64,000 nucleotides of DNA from a bacterium. GTDB taxonomy: Bacteria; UBA8248; JACPRG01; G963555815. Position numbers and translations under genes: made by a program. The notes under the pieces were generated by a model. The model saw only the letters and a list, made by a program, of their open reading frames with translations. It was not told the origin of the DNA and did not search any database. The stretch spans positions 704,452 through 768,451 of the forward strand of contig CBDHDG010000005.1 of the NCBI GenBank assembly GCA_965261595.1. Direction: 5' to 3'. The stretch's first letter is position 1. Each line of letters begins with the position of its first letter. This document shows, piece by piece, positions 21,055 through 31,824 of the stretch.

Positions 21055-22117
21055 TCAAGTGTTCGTTGAGGCGGTAAGGACCCGGTAGATTTCGCGGGCC
21101 ACGTAGCGCTTCAGACAACGCATCACCTCTCGCTTGGACAGTCCTTCCTGGGTACGCCGCGCGACGTAGGCTTTGGTTCGCTGGTCGGTCCGCATCCGGC
21201 AGATGACGACCATGTGCAGGGCTGAGTTGGCTTGGCGGTTCCCGCCGCGGTTGAGGCGGTAGCGTTGAGTCTGTCCGCTCGAGGCTCGGATCGGACAGGC
21301 GCCACACATCATCGCGAAGCTCGCCTCGGAGCGCAGCCGGTCCCAATTCTCCCCCGCGGCGACCATCAGTTCGCCAGCGTTCTCGATTCCAACGCCTTCG
21401 AGCTCGAGCAGATTGGGCGCGAGTCCCTCGACCAGCGGACCGATGAACCGGTCCAGCTCGGCGATCTCGTCGTTCAGGTCCAGGACCCTGCGAGCCAGGT
21501 ACTTCAGCGAGAGCTTGGTGGCGACCACGGGGTCGCGTTATCCGACGGTGTCCGGTCTCCAGGCCGCGCAGGTGCGAAGGCGCTGCATGCGAGTGAGGTT
21601 GCGGACCTGGTCGCGCACCTCCTCGGGTGCAGCGACGATCGTGTTGTGGAGCTGCTGCAGGGCCGCACGACGGCACTTCATCGCCGTCTTTCGGGTCGTG
21701 CGCAGCACCCGTAGGGCTTCCACGGCACCGGAACGGTCTTTGGCCAACAACCTGGACCCGGATTTTCGTTCGAGCCGCCTCAGCCGCCGCGATCGAGTCC
21801 AGGGCATCGCTCTTGCCCTTGGCTCTTCGCCCGGCCCGGTCCGGACCGGGCACCTCGAGCACAGGCACGCCGGACAGCGCCAAGTGCCGGGTAATGCCGG
21901 CCCCGTATAAGTCCCCGTGGATTCGACCCCTACGCGAAGCAACTCCCCGCGAGACCGGAACCAGCGAAGCATCGCCCGGTAGCCGGTCCGGGTGGTGGAG
22001 AACGATTCGGTGCCGAGTACCGCTGCCATCGAGGTCCACGATGGCAGCGGTGTGCAGGTCCTGGTGGGTATCGACGCCCCCGATGATCTGGGCGCCCTCA
22101 GCGATCGTGTTCGCCAT
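21055..22117 (-). pseudogene. IS110 recombinase (DEDD RuvC-like + Tnp domain) with several frameshifts and a premature stop at 21538
   Basis: GVDTH, GVESTG.YG, KSDALD, ASSG, RLNRGGNRQANSALH, LKRYVARE. Confidence 0.85.
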
Positions 22118-22149
22118 CTCCGCCTCCTGTGTCTATGGTGAGTGAAGGG

Positions 22150-22400
22150 GATGGAACCGAACTCAGCCGATCTTGGACACGACAGGGAAGGGACGCCTTG
22201 GGCCAGGCTCTCATCAGGTCACGATGTCGGTCGAGGTCGGAACCTCAACCGGTTGCCCCCGGGTGGCCGACAAGTCAAGAGAATGACACCACGGTCAATC
22301 AGAGTGTGGGTCAAGCCACCCTGGGGCGGCCGGCCCTACAAGCCTAAATGCGTTACTCGCGGTACGGGTCAGACCACCTCAGGTAACCGGCCCTCACATA
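22150..22400 (-). ncRNA. Putative IS110 bridge RNA with target-binding and donor-binding loops
   Basis: Stem GGGTGGC/GCCACCC (22261-22321) encloses CACTCTGA and TTCTCTTG, which match the insertion-site flanks. A second stem (~22157-22240) encloses ATGAGAGC and TCCCTG, which match the element's own ends. Confidence 0.7.
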
Positions 22401-23178
22401 CTCACTGTCGGAGTGATGCACGACCCCGTCGGGGCGGCGCTGTCCCAACGCCATGTTCAGCGCCCCGAGCACCAGTTCGGTGCGAAGATGGTGGGTCATG
22501 GACCATCCCACCACCCGGCGGCTGAACACGTCGAGCACGATGGCCAGGTACACGAACCCCGTCCAGGTCGGCACGTAGGTCACGTCGGCCACCCAAAGCC
22601 GATCCGGCCCATCGGCCTGGAACTGGCGATCGACCCGGTCCGGGACCACACAATGGCTCTGGTCCACGCGCGTAGTGCGCGTGCCTCGTCGTGCTTCGCA
22701 CGATTGGAACGCCCACGGCTTCGCCACGTGCAGTACCCGCTGGAGGAGACAGACAGCACCCGGCACCGAGCCGGTCTCCCGTGCGAACCAGACCGCGGCT
22801 TTTTTAGGATCTCCCGCTCTTCGCGAAGCTGACGGACCTCTCGACGAAGCCGCCGTAGCTCCTCGAGGTCTGAGCTTGTCAGACCATCCTTACGACGGCC
22901 CTCGTCGCGGTCGGCCTGGCGCACCCAGTTGCGAATCGCCGAAGCGGAACACTCGGACTCACGGGCCAGCTCCCCGGGCGTACGGCCCGAGCGAACCAGC
23001 TCAACCATCTGGCGCCGGTATTCCGGCGCGTAGGGTGAATGAGTTTTCGGCATCTGAACACCTCCTCCGCACAGTCTCAAGGTGTCCACAAAAACGGGTC
23101 AACTCCATCCGAAAGCGTTGCCCGGCGAACCCCCGGAATCTCTCCCGCCTCCGCGCGGATGCGATCCCGCTCCATCCG

Positions 23179-25515
23179 TCAGGGCCGGGGTCCGTCCGCC
23201 GGAGCGGCCTGGTCTTGGACCCTGGCACCAAAAAGCAGGCGGGCGAGCGCCGGCAGCAGCAGAACCGCGCCGGCCAGGTTAGCGAGGAACATGAAGGTCA
23301 GCAGGATCCCCATGTCGGCCTGGAACTGCAGGTCGGAGAAAATCCAGGTCGAAACGCCCAAGGCCAGCGTCAGTCCGGTCACCAGCACCGCGCTGCCGGT
23401 CGTCGCCATGGCCTGCCGGAAGGCCTCGACGGTCTCCGCGCCGTCTTCCAGCGCCCGCTTCATACGGTTGAAGATGTAAATGCCGTAGTCGACCCCGATG
23501 CCGACGCCGAGCGCGGCCACCGGCAGCGTCGAGACCTTCAGCCCGATCTTCAGAAGCGCCATCAGCGCGAACGCCAGCACGGACACCAGCGCCAGCGGCA
23601 GCACCACGCAGAGCGTGCCCCGGAGTGACCGGAAGGCCAGCAGACACAACGCGATCACGGCGCAATAGACCCAGACCAGCATGTCGACTTGGGTGTCGCG
23701 GACGAGCGCGTTGGTCGCCGCCATGACGCCGAGATTACCGGCGGCCAGCCCGAAGCGAAGCCCCCCGCTCTCGTGACGGGCCGCGTAGGCCCTGACCACG
23801 GCGACCACCCGGTCGATGGTCTCGGCGCGGTGGTCGTCGGTGAAGATCAACACCGGCATCACCGAGCAGTCGGCGTTCAGCAGACCCGTGTCGGTCTGGA
23901 TCGGGGCGACCGACTGGACCAGCGTCTTCGTATTGCGCGGCAGGGTTCGCCATTTGGGGTGCCCTTCGTTGAAGCTGGCGTTGAGCCTGCGCGAGACCTG
24001 TGGCAGCGAGATCGTGGACCGCACACCGGGCACCTGGCTCATCCGAAAGGCGAAATCGTCCACCCGGTCCAGGAACGCGAAGTCGACGCAGGCGTTCGCC
24101 TTCGTCTCCACGATCACCGTCAGCAAGTCGACGCCGATCGCGAAGCGCTCCGTGATGACGGCGCTGTCGCGGTTGTAGCGGGAATCCGGGCGCAGCTCCG
24201 GCACGCCTGCGTGGACGTCGCCGATCACGTGGCCGCGGGCGACGAACAGCCCGCCGCCCGCGACGATGAGCGCCAGGAGGAGCATCGCCGCGGCCACCCG
24301 CCCGGACGCCAGCCGCGAGAGCCGGCGCCAGAGGGGCCGCCTTGCCTCGGCGGCCGCCCGGATGCGCCGCCGGTAATTCGCGGCGGGGGGCACGTAGGAC
24401 ATCAGCACCGGCAACAACACAAGATTGGTGAAGAGGATCGCGGCCACGCCCAGGCTCATGGTCACCGCCAGGTCCTGGATGATCTGCACGTCGATGAGCA
24501 GGATCATGAGAAAGCCGACGCAGTCGCTCGCCAGCGCCGCCGTCCCAGGCGTGGCGAGTTGAAGGAAGGCGTCGCGCGCCGCCTCCTCCTTCTTTTCCCC
24601 ATCCCGGATCGCGGCCCCCGAGGCGTTCACGACCTGCAACCCGTGGGAGACGCCAATCGCGAACACGAGAAAGGGCGCCAGGATCGACATGGGGTCGATG
24701 CCGAAACCGAGCAGTGCCAGCAGCCCCAGCGTCCAGACCACGGCCAGCGCCGAACACCACAGCAGCAGGACCGTGTACCGGACCGAATGGATGAAGACGT
24801 AAACCAGCAGCGCCGACAGCAGGAAGGCAACGGCGAAAAAAATGAGCACGTCCGTCGCGCCGTCGGCCACGTCGCCGATCGCCTTCGCAAAGCCGATGAT
24901 GTGGATCTCCACCGACTCGTTGGTGAAGGGCTCGCGCAGCCTGTCTTCCAGCAGGCGGGCAACCTTGAGATAGTCCAGCCGTTTCCCCGTCCGCGGATCG
25001 ATCTCGACCAGCTCCGCGCTCACCATCGCGGCTGACAGATCGTTGGCCACGAGTCTGCCCACAATCCCGGCCTTGAGCACGTTGGCGCGGACCCGGGCCA
25101 GGTCCGCGGCGCTGCCCCGGTAATCGGCCGGCACGACGTTTCCGCCGGCCAGCCCGCCCTCCACGATCTCGAGGAAGCGGACGTTGGGCGTAAACAGCGA
25201 GCGGACCGAGGCCCTGTTCACGCCGGGCAGGAAGAACACGGCGTCGGTCGCGGCCTTGAGCGTCTCCATGAAGGAGGTGGTGAAGATGTCGCCCGAACGC
25301 GCGCGAACCGCGATCAGTAGGCGATTGGCTCCGCCGAACTCGGCTTGATGTTTCCTGAAGATCTGCATGAAGGGGTGGCGCCGGGGCAGGTGCTTCCCGA
25401 AGCTGGTATCGACCCCGAGCCTGGTGGCCGACAGGCCCAGCGCCAGGCTCGCCAGCAGAAAAGCCGCGAGCACGAACCGCCGGTGGGCGAAGATCCAGTC
25501 ACCGAGCCGGTTCAT
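23179..25515 (-). CDS. RND/MMPL-family transporter
   Basis: Two MMPL repeats, AIGVSHG and GVGIGVDYGIY motifs; typical partner of DUF1302/DUF1329. Confidence 0.9.
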   Translation of the reverse strand: MNRLGDWIFAHRRFVLAAFLLASLALGLSATRLGVDTSFGKHLPRRHPFMQIFRKHQAEFGGANRLLIAVRARSGDIFTTSFMETLKAATDAVFFLPGVNRASVRSLFTPNVRFLEIVEGGLAGGNVVPADYRGSAADLARVRANVLKAGIVGRLVANDLSAAMVSAELVEIDPRTGKRLDYLKVARLLEDRLREPFTNESVEIHIIGFAKAIGDVADGATDVLIFFAVAFLLSALLVYVFIHSVRYTVLLLWCSALAVVWTLGLLALLGFGIDPMSILAPFLVFAIGVSHGLQVVNASGAAIRDGEKKEEAARDAFLQLATPGTAALASDCVGFLMILLIDVQIIQDLAVTMSLGVAAILFTNLVLLPVLMSYVPPAANYRRRIRAAAEARRPLWRRLSRLASGRVAAAMLLLALIVAGGGLFVARGHVIGDVHAGVPELRPDSRYNRDSAVITERFAIGVDLLTVIVETKANACVDFAFLDRVDDFAFRMSQVPGVRSTISLPQVSRRLNASFNEGHPKWRTLPRNTKTLVQSVAPIQTDTGLLNADCSVMPVLIFTDDHRAETIDRVVAVVRAYAARHESGGLRFGLAAGNLGVMAATNALVRDTQVDMLVWVYCAVIALCLLAFRSLRGTLCVVLPLALVSVLAFALMALLKIGLKVSTLPVAALGVGIGVDYGIYIFNRMKRALEDGAETVEAFRQAMATTGSAVLVTGLTLALGVSTWIFSDLQFQADMGILLTFMFLANLAGAVLLLPALARLLFGARVQDQAAPADGPRP

Positions 25516-26470
25516 CGCCCGCCTCCGCCGCGGCCGGCAGGATCAAGCGGTGGACGCCATCCTCGCCGAACAGGAGGACGGCGTCCGGCCCCGCCACCAG
25601 CACAGTGGTGATCGCGCCGCGGCGAGGGAGAGGCACGGCCCACATGGAGCCGCTTCCCGCCTCCTCCTCCATCAGCACCGTGCCGGCGTCGCCGACGACG
25701 ACCGCCCGCCCGTCGGGCAGGTAGACGGCGTCGTACAGAGCGGCGGTAACCCCGCTGTCCAGGCTGCGCCAGGTCTCGCCGCCGTCGTTGCTTTCGAAGA
25801 GTCGGCCCCTCAGCCCGTGGAGCAGCAGCCGCCCGTCCCGACCGGGCCGGAGCCCGAAGAAGGTGCCCTCGTAACCGGTGTGCAGTCGCTTCCAGGTCGC
25901 TCCGCCGTCACGGGAACGCAGGAACGTGCCGAACTCGCCGGCAATGAACAGCGTTCCGTCCGCGGCCTGCCGGATGGCGTAGAAGTGCGGTTCCTCCGGA
26001 TCGATTTCGCGGCGCGCCCACGTTCTCCCATGATCCTCCGTCGAGAACGCCAGCCCGTAGGCGCCGACCGTCAGGCCCCGTCCGTCCGCGCCGAGCCAGA
26101 GATCCAGAAGCGGCGCGTCGAAATCCGGGTCCGCTCGGACGACGCGCCAGGTAGCTCCGGCGTCCACACTTTCCAGCACCAGGGCGTCGTGACCGACGGC
26201 GACGAGACGGCCATCGGACCCCGCCGCGATCGCGGTCAGCGTCCGGCGAACCGGCATGGGCGCCTGCCGCCAGCCGTCGCCGTCGAGGCGGAGGATCAAG
26301 CCTCTCGCGCCAACGGCGACAATGCCGCCGTTGACGCGAACGGCGGCGGAGATCAGACCGCGCTCGGGACGAGTCAATTCCGCCGCCGGTTCGTTCAGTG
26401 GGTCCGCGCCCGAGGGAACCGCGGCGGCGCATATCAGCAACAGCGCGAAAAAAGATCGGAGACTCCGCAT
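25499..26470 (-). CDS. YCF48/BNR-repeat beta-propeller protein
   Basis: Repeated S.D.G.TW Asp-box motifs, VGARG, AGEFG, GLRG; signal peptide from ATG 26470. Confidence 0.85.
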   Translation of the reverse strand: MRSLRSFFALLLICAAAVPSGADPLNEPAAELTRPERGLISAAVRVNGGIVAVGARGLILRLDGDGWRQAPMPVRRTLTAIAAGSDGRLVAVGHDALVLESVDAGATWRVVRADPDFDAPLLDLWLGADGRGLTVGAYGLAFSTEDHGRTWARREIDPEEPHFYAIRQAADGTLFIAGEFGTFLRSRDGGATWKRLHTGYEGTFFGLRPGRDGRLLLHGLRGRLFESNDGGETWRSLDSGVTAALYDAVYLPDGRAVVVGDAGTVLMEEEAGSGSMWAVPLPRRGAITTVLVAGPDAVLLFGEDGVHRLILPAAAEAGDEPAR

Positions 26471-26484
26471 GACGGCGGTTCGCC

Positions 26485-27840
26485 CTAGCGGCGGCCCTTC
26501 CGTCGCAGCGCCGCCGGCGTGAACTGACTGCGGGTCATCGGCAGGTCGAAGCGGGTGATCTGGTAGCCGGGTTCGTTGTCGAGTCCGTTGGCCAGGTAAC
26601 GCCCGTTCTGCAAGTCGTATATCGTCATCATCGTGGTCCAGGTCAGCGGTATCTCGTAAAAATTGATGATGTGCGCCTCGCTGACCCGCCAAAGCTCTCC
26701 GCGACCGTCGTACTGGTCCACGCCGGCGATTTGCCAACTGTCCTCATCGAGATAGAAGGTGCGCCGGGCGTAAATGTGTCTCGTGCCCTCTTTCACCTTC
26801 GCCTCGACGACCCAGACGCGGTGCAGCTCGTAGCGCGTGAGGTCCGGGTTGATGTGGCCGGGCTTCAAGATGTCGTCGAAGCGGTTCCGGTCGCTGTGCA
26901 GGCGGTAGCTGTTGTAGGGGATGTAGAATTCCCGCCTGCCGACCAGCATCCAGTTGTAGCGGTCCGGCGCGCCGTTGAACATGTCGAACTGATCGTTGGT
27001 GCGTTGCCCGTCCGAGGCGGTGCCGGGATTGTCGTAGGCGACGTTGGGCGCGCGGCGCACCCGCCGTTGGCCGGGATTGTAGAGCCAGGCCTTGCGCGGT
27101 TCGACCGCTTGGTTGAGCGTTTCGTGCACCAGCGTGATGTTGCCGGCGAGCCTGGGCGGCGAGGTCACCTCCTGCAGGAAGTAGACGACCTTGTTGTCGA
27201 TGGTCTCGGTCGTGGCGCCGGGCTGCTGGTAGGCGAATAGAGCTTGCTCGGCGATCCGCACCATGGTGTAGCTGCCGTTGGCCGTCGGCACCGCTTGGCC
27301 GGACACCTTGGTCGTGGTCTTGCCTCGGTAGCGCAGCAGGTGGTTCCAGATCGCCTCCAGTCCGTTTCGCGGAATCGGGAAGGGAATGCCCTCGGCCGCG
27401 TTCAGCACCCCGTTGCCGTCCTCGGTCAGCTTCGCCATCTTCGCGTTGGCGATTGTCTTGTCGTATATCCGCTGCGGCAGGGCGGCGGTGCGGCGGGTCC
27501 GGTAGACCGGCATCCGGAAGGTCTTCGGATAGCGCCGGAAGAGCGCGATATGGCCGGGAGAGAGATGTGCCTTGTATTGCTCGACGTTGGCGGCGGTGAT
27601 GGTGAAAAGAGGCTTGTCGTCCGGGAAGGGATCGGGGTGCAGCTTCCCGGGCGCGTAGCCGGCTGGCGGCTTGGTGAGCCCGCCCTCCCAGGCCGGGATG
27701 TCGCCGGATGCGTTGCCGGCCTTGACCGCGCCCAGGGGCGTCAGCTCCCTGCCGAGCTTCTCCGCCGCCTCGGCCTCGGTCGCCACCCCCGCGGCTGACA
27801 GCGCCAGGACCAGGATCAGGCTCACCCATCGCGTTCTCAT
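26485..27840 (-). CDS. DUF1329 family periplasmic protein
   Basis: LTPLGA.KAGN..G.IPAW, AWLYNPGQRRVRRAP, YELHRVWVVEA, FYLDEDSW. Confidence 0.9.
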   Translation of the reverse strand: MRTRWVSLILVLALSAAGVATEAEAAEKLGRELTPLGAVKAGNASGDIPAWEGGLTKPPAGYAPGKLHPDPFPDDKPLFTITAANVEQYKAHLSPGHIALFRRYPKTFRMPVYRTRRTAALPQRIYDKTIANAKMAKLTEDGNGVLNAAEGIPFPIPRNGLEAIWNHLLRYRGKTTTKVSGQAVPTANGSYTMVRIAEQALFAYQQPGATTETIDNKVVYFLQEVTSPPRLAGNITLVHETLNQAVEPRKAWLYNPGQRRVRRAPNVAYDNPGTASDGQRTNDQFDMFNGAPDRYNWMLVGRREFYIPYNSYRLHSDRNRFDDILKPGHINPDLTRYELHRVWVVEAKVKEGTRHIYARRTFYLDEDSWQIAGVDQYDGRGELWRVSEAHIINFYEIPLTWTTMMTIYDLQNGRYLANGLDNEPGYQITRFDLPMTRSQFTPAALRRKGRR

Positions 27841-27864
27841 TGTATCCGCTCTCCCATCTCTGAC

Positions 27865-29757
27865 TCAGAAGGAATAGCTTGCCGCGAACTGCAGAAAGTC
27901 GCGATCGTTCACGAGATTGAAACGGCCGCCGTCGAAGGAGTTTGTGTAGGAAATACTGGCCCGCCAGGAGTTCAGATAGTTCGCTCCGATCGACAGTGTG
28001 ATCGTCTTTCGGTTCTCGACGAAATTGCCGATCGGCGCCGGCGCCGTGCCGTTCACGTCATGAGAGAACGAGATCTGCGGCGTCAGGTTCACGGGTCCGA
28101 TGGCGTTGTTGTAGGTCGCCCGCGCGATCGCCCGGTAGCCCCAGGAAAACGGATCGGCGAAGTCGCCGTCTTGGGTTGCCGGCTGAATGCCCGCCGCCGT
28201 GAAGAACGGATTGGCGCTGGTCGTCGTGCCCGGTCCGTCGTAGCGGAGCTCCGACTTGTCCTCCATGTCGCGCACATGGGTGAAGCCCACCTCGACCAGG
28301 AAGATAAACCCGTCGGCGCCGAGCCGGGGCCCCAGAATCTTGGAAACGGCCATCTGCGCCTGCACGACATCCTTGCGGCGGAAGCCGGTGATCTCCTCGT
28401 CGAAGCCCCGGCCCCCGAGCTGGCTCTGCCCGAAGGCCGCGCCCGTCTGGACGAGACGCTGGACACCGACGGCGGTGGGATAGGCGGGGTGGCCGGGAGG
28501 GGGGAAAGGGTCGGGAAGGGGGATACGGGCGAACGGTGACAGGGCGGAGAACAGAATCTCCACGTCGTCGATCTGCAGCGGCTGGTCGCGGCGGTAGGAA
28601 ACCTCTCCCTGCAAGGCGAAGCCCGTGGCTCCGATCTCCGTGTTGAAGCTCGCGCCGAAAATGTCGATGTCTTCCGGGAACTCCCGGAAATAGCGCATCG
28701 TGCCGGCGTAGTCGCCGGCCCCCACCCCCGCCAGCGTGCCCGTGCGGCCGGAGACCAGCGGGAGACGGCTGTGGATGCGGGCGTAATAGAGGCCGAACTC
28801 GGTGCCGTTCAGCGCCGGGGAGAAATAGCGTAGCGCAAGGCCGAACTGGCCCCCGTCGCCGGCCTCCCGGTCGTTGCCGCGAGGCACGTTCGCACAGATC
28901 GGCGGGGTGGCGCAGGAGCCTGGCGGATCATCGGTGGCGCGGCCCGGCAGGCCGAATCCGAGATGGGCGAAACGGCCGCCCGGGCTTACGTGGTCTCTGG
29001 TCGAGAAGAACGTGCCTTCCGGCTCGATCTCGGTGTTGACCCAGGCGAGTTGATAGAAAGCTTCGAAGGACAGATTCTCGCCAATGCCGGCCTTGACGTT
29101 GATCGCCGGAATCGGTACGAGCCCGTCCCGCAACTCGGCGCCGGCGATGCGGAATTTGGAGGCATCGACCGGATTGATCGAGTTGACGCCGTTGCGGATG
29201 AAGACGCTCTCGCCCCAGCTCATCACCTGGTTGCCGGCGCGCACCGACACCGGGGCTCCCGAGATGTCGAAATCGCCGGACACATAAGCATCCCGCAACA
29301 CGATGTCGCGGCCGACGAGTTCCTCCGCATCGTTTGACAGGGGCGTACGGTCGGTCTCCCGGTTCATGACGGCGTGGTCGTAGAAGTAGAAAGCCCGGCC
29401 GAAGAAGCCGAAGTTCTTCCACTCCAGTAACAGCTCATGCGTCACCTTTACGTTGGTGGAGACGAGATCGCCCTTGTCGTAGTTGAGGTTGCCGTTGTCG
29501 CCGTTGATCGAGTACGCGGAACCGCCGTTGGCGAGGCCGATCAGGCGGTCGTCCCGGTCCCCGGTCCGAACCGCGGCGCCGACCGAAAGGGTCGTGTCGA
29601 AAGAACCCGTGACACCGGCCTCGTTGCGCGGCAGATCGACCGCATTCGCCTGCCGGGAGATCATGGCGCCGGCCAGCATCAGCAGGACGAGAGTTCCCTT
29701 TCCCGCCCCCATTACGCACGCCGCGCGCCGCATGATTCTTTCTGTTCTCTCTTTCAT
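27865..29757 (-). CDS. DUF1302 family outer-membrane protein
   Basis: NGDNGNLNY, GNQVMSWGES, HSRLP, DRDF...SYSF C-terminus. Start ATG 29757; the ORF extension to 30009 lies inside IS1380. Confidence 0.9.
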   Translation of the reverse strand: MKERTERIMRRAACVMGAGKGTLVLLMLAGAMISRQANAVDLPRNEAGVTGSFDTTLSVGAAVRTGDRDDRLIGLANGGSAYSINGDNGNLNYDKGDLVSTNVKVTHELLLEWKNFGFFGRAFYFYDHAVMNRETDRTPLSNDAEELVGRDIVLRDAYVSGDFDISGAPVSVRAGNQVMSWGESVFIRNGVNSINPVDASKFRIAGAELRDGLVPIPAINVKAGIGENLSFEAFYQLAWVNTEIEPEGTFFSTRDHVSPGGRFAHLGFGLPGRATDDPPGSCATPPICANVPRGNDREAGDGGQFGLALRYFSPALNGTEFGLYYARIHSRLPLVSGRTGTLAGVGAGDYAGTMRYFREFPEDIDIFGASFNTEIGATGFALQGEVSYRRDQPLQIDDVEILFSALSPFARIPLPDPFPPPGHPAYPTAVGVQRLVQTGAAFGQSQLGGRGFDEEITGFRRKDVVQAQMAVSKILGPRLGADGFIFLVEVGFTHVRDMEDKSELRYDGPGTTTSANPFFTAAGIQPATQDGDFADPFSWGYRAIARATYNNAIGPVNLTPQISFSHDVNGTAPAPIGNFVENRKTITLSIGANYLNSWRASISYTNSFDGGRFNLVNDRDFLQFAASYSF

Positions 29758-29798
29758 GTCTCGTCCGCCATGAGTGGGTAATCCTCGAAGCTTCTGAA

Positions 29799-31479
29799 CC
29801 GGAATTTCCCATATCAAATCCGGACAGGCCTGTACCGACCCCTCGTTGCTGTTTAAGTCAATTAGACCTCTCTCTCCCGGACCTGTCAATCCCATTTCAG
29901 GTGCCTGAAACCCTAATCGGAGCGTTATCCACCATTGAAAATCATGCCACCCCTCCGGGTAGGCGAGCCTTCCCAGCAGGTCATCTGGAAGGGACAGAAC
30001 ATTCACCATTTTGTCCTCGGGTGGACTGCGCTGAGAGCGGTTAGACAGGTACGGGCCGCAATCGGTTGATTCGGTCCAGGATGATGGCGAACTCTTCCCT
30101 GGATACCGCTACTTCGGCCAATTGAAAGATGATCTGCCGGGCGTGCCGCACAATCCTCCCGCCCATTTTGATGAGCTTGACCTGGAGGCTTCGCAGCGAC
30201 CAGTGCTTGAGCCCCCTGGGCAAGGCTAGCCTGCGCAGGAAATTGCCCAGGTTGTACGCCAGGACGAAGAGAAGGAGCCGCACCTGGTTGCACACGAACC
30301 GGTGACAGGAAAGGCGTGTCCAGTTCAGGGCGTACTTGCCTTCCTTGATCCATTGCTCGGCTGTGCCTCGCTGGTTGTAGAAGTGCACGACCCCCTCGGG
30401 TCGAGCCGTCAGGTTCGTGACAATGAATCCGACGCGAGGGAAGAGTTCGCCTGAGTGCCATTCCACCTTCGCCACGACCCGCCGGGAACGGTCCCAGCTT
30501 CCAGCCTGATACCGGAAGTCGTAATAGAAGATGATGGGTCTCTTGGGCGGGCGACCGACCGGGCGGGTGAGGAGGAAGTCGATCTCTCGCTGCACCACGT
30601 CGTTGGCGGGAAGGCGGATGGCGTAATGGAAGCTGTGCGCTTCCAGGCACTCATAAACCTCCGGGCGCGCAAAGGCGGCATCGGCTCGGAAGTAACGGCG
30701 AACACCCGCCCGCTCATACCGGGCCGCGATGGGCGAAAGCAACTCGCGCCAGCCATCGGCGCTGTGCACGTTGCCGGGGCGCAACATCGCCCCTTCGCAG
30801 TCCCCGAACTGGTTAAAGCAAAAAAGAGGGTGATAACAGGTGCAACGAAAGTGGCCGTTGTAGGCCGTACCTTCCTGCTCCCCATGGACGGGGCTTTCCG
30901 AGCTGTCCATGTCCAGGATGATTCGCTGATGGGGTGAGTGTGCCATGGCCCGGTCCACCCACTCCCGGTTCAGCTCGCTCCGGCCCCTTGAGATTCTCCT
31001 CCCTGGTGAGAACCTCGGTCTCGAACCGGCTCAGGGTGTTGGCGCCCGCCGCCTGCTTCTCAAGCGCTCGGCGGCCGACCACGGCTTGCATCGCGGGGTC
31101 CTGGGCCAACCGCTCGGCATCGTTGGTGTCTTCATACCCTGCCAAGCGGCTATAGACCGACTGGCGCAATAGCGGCGCCAACTCATGCTGGATGTTCCGG
31201 CCATGACGGATCTCTTGCAATTGCACTGGCGCTCTCACCGTCAAACCCAGCGCATCATCCAGCTCCCGGCAGGCCAGCAATCCCGCATCCGAAGTGATTC
31301 TGGTTCCGTGAAACTCAAGCCTCAGCCGACGGTCAAAACGGATCTTCAAAGCCCCCTTCTTCGCTTCACCCATTGGGTCCCCTCGCAAGATGATGGCAGG
31401 GGGAGGCCAACACCTTGATCTTACACGAGAAAACGGCATTCGGTCCGACAAAACTTATGATCCATATGGGAAATGCGGG
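29799..31479 (-). mobile_element. IS1380-family element; transposase 30041-31373 with a frameshift near 30982
   Basis: IRs CCCGCATTTCCCATAT and [55 protein letters not shown]. No clear TSD. Confidence 0.9.
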
Positions 31480-31824
31480 TAGAGTGAAGGCCCAGAGCAG
31501 AAGTTGGACGATATTTGAGGCGGGCTGGGTAGTCCGCGTCCAAAGTGGCCTCAAAGGTGTCCCTGAGATAAGCGAAGAGTTCGACGCGGTTCATTCCCTC
31601 TACTGAACTTCCATGCTCCAAGCCACCGAGCGCGACCTCGACAAGGTCCTCGTGGCAATCCAGCGCAATAAGCGCCGCCTCATCGGTAATGTGGCAGGAT
31701 CACCGACCCCATGCCGCCCGGGGCGTGGGTTGTGGTATGTTGCCCCTCATGGGAACGGTTGATTTCGCCGGATCCGCGTCATCAATTCGTCATCATTTCC
31801 CAAATGAGAGAGGGGGTTCTTCAC

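Larger units (their letters stand above)
21040..22407 (-). mobile_element. IS110-family element nested in IS3 orfB
   Basis: No terminal IRs. CACTG (CAGTG on minus) at both junctions (21035-39 and 22403-07). TTGACA lies at the right end and there is a ~290-bp non-coding left end. Confidence 0.85.
20553..23107 (-). mobile_element. Second IS3-family element (degenerate; orfA from 23053, orfB split by a nested IS110)
   Basis: 26-bp IRs TGGAGTTACCCCGTTTCAGTGGACAG and TGGAGTTGACCCGTTTTTGTGGACAC. WVADVTY, HHSD|GSQY, DNAMAESFFATLE, YNPRRRHS. A6G run at 22799-22805. No TSD. Confidence 0.85.

Noticed and set aside
20558-22117. 519-aa IS110-IS3 fusion protein in the ORF track
   Set aside because: Chance read-through of a frameshifted IS110 into IS3 orfB; much of it is out-of-frame sequence.
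31480-31720. Small ORFs between IS1380 and the esterase
   Set aside because: No RBS or recognisable motif; probably remnant sequence, not callable.
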